In this document: positions 63,291-64,000 of the stretch, piece by piece
Position numbering within the stretch: the stretch's first letter is position 1
How the letters are laid out: the number at the start of each line of letters is the position of its first letter
Assembly (NCBI GenBank): GCA_043228905.1
Contig: JBHGNT010000006.1
Coordinates: 14,136,001-14,200,000 of the forward strand
Direction: 5' to 3'
DNA length: 64,000 bases
Source of the DNA: Azolla caroliniana
Taxonomy: Eukaryota > Plantae > Polypodiophyta
Made by a program: the position numbers and the translations under genes
Notes under the pieces: generated by a model
The model's database searches: none
Seen by the model: the letters and a program-made list of their open reading frames with translations, nothing else
Told to the model about the DNA's origin: nothing

Positions 63291-63825
63291 AGTAAGGCTA
63301 ACTAAGATCATGGGAGTCCAAAATAGGCTCAAGTTTAGTTCTATAATAAGCACCATGTCCAAAAACATTTTCAAAAATTTGTTTTAAAGAAATTTAAAAA
63401 AATAAAAATAAAAAACAAAATTATATAAGGGAAAGTCATATTCTCATTGTCATTATCGTGTTCAAGCAACAAAAGAGCACAGCTACATAGAGCAACCAAG
63501 ACTTCCAGTTTTCGCCTCCCTAGTCAAATCGACACCAACGTCAACAACATGAACAAGGGTTGAAGCACGCTACGGTGTACCAAAAAAGTATTTTTTTTGG
63601 CCAAAAAAAACACGAGTATTGTTAGTACTGTTAGTACTAAGTGATTTTTAAAAAAAACGAAAATAATTAAAATCATTTTAGGGATTGGTATACATTGCAT
63701 TAAAGTCGGGGAATGGGTGGGGGGACAGTTGTTGCGTATTCAGGACTGTTTTGGGGGCTATTTCCCCCTCATGTTTAATTTAGGACACCACATTAAATCC
63801 TTTTGGTGCTTCTCCCAGGCGTCTC

Positions 63826-63952
63826 CTCTTCCGCCTTCCAACTGAAACAACGTAGGTCTTCACAACGCACTCTAGTCTTCCGCCTTCCAACTCAGGTCTT
63901 CACAGCGCTCTCTGGTCTTCCGCCTTCCAACTTAGGTCTTCACAGCGCACTC
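63826..63952. repeat. Tandem repeat, about 3 x 40 bp
   Basis: gtcttccgccttccaact(c/t)aggtcttcacagcgc units at about 63826, 63875 and 63915. Confidence 0.8.
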
Positions 63953-64000
63953 AAAATGTTGTTTTGTTGTTCTTTGCGTCACTCGTCTTCCCCATCTTCT

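Noticed and set aside
63566-64000. Terminus of another DNA transposon starting CACGCTAC
   Set aside because: The other end is outside the window, so no TIR or TSD can be verified.

Overview
Eukaryotic plant genomic DNA, not prokaryotic. A non-seed land plant is likely (inferred from the transposon families). The window holds one intact host gene, COP9 signalosome subunit 6 (CSN6; 9 exons, 6233..24119, +, 302 aa), whose first two introns are inflated by LINE and Ty1/copia insertions. The rest is a nest of Ty1/copia, Ty3/gypsy, LINE and DNA transposons. The most notable object is a 9.3-kb cut-and-paste transposon (47774..57095; 36-bp TIRs, 4-bp AAAG target duplication) inserted cleanly into a gypsy RT gene. 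It carries a Sola1-like DDD transposase on the - strand. Divergently, on the + strand, it carries a 6-exon gene encoding a ParB-like domain fused to a bacterial-type beta-class N6-adenine/N4-cytosine DNA methyltransferase (DIPY...NPYQKP...LDLFFGT-G-TT), with an array of near-perfect palindromes in its first intron. This copy is pseudogenised. Two more fragments of the same transposase family occur in the window, one of which keeps the divergent promoter. Family assignments come from motif recognition by eye; no database search was run.
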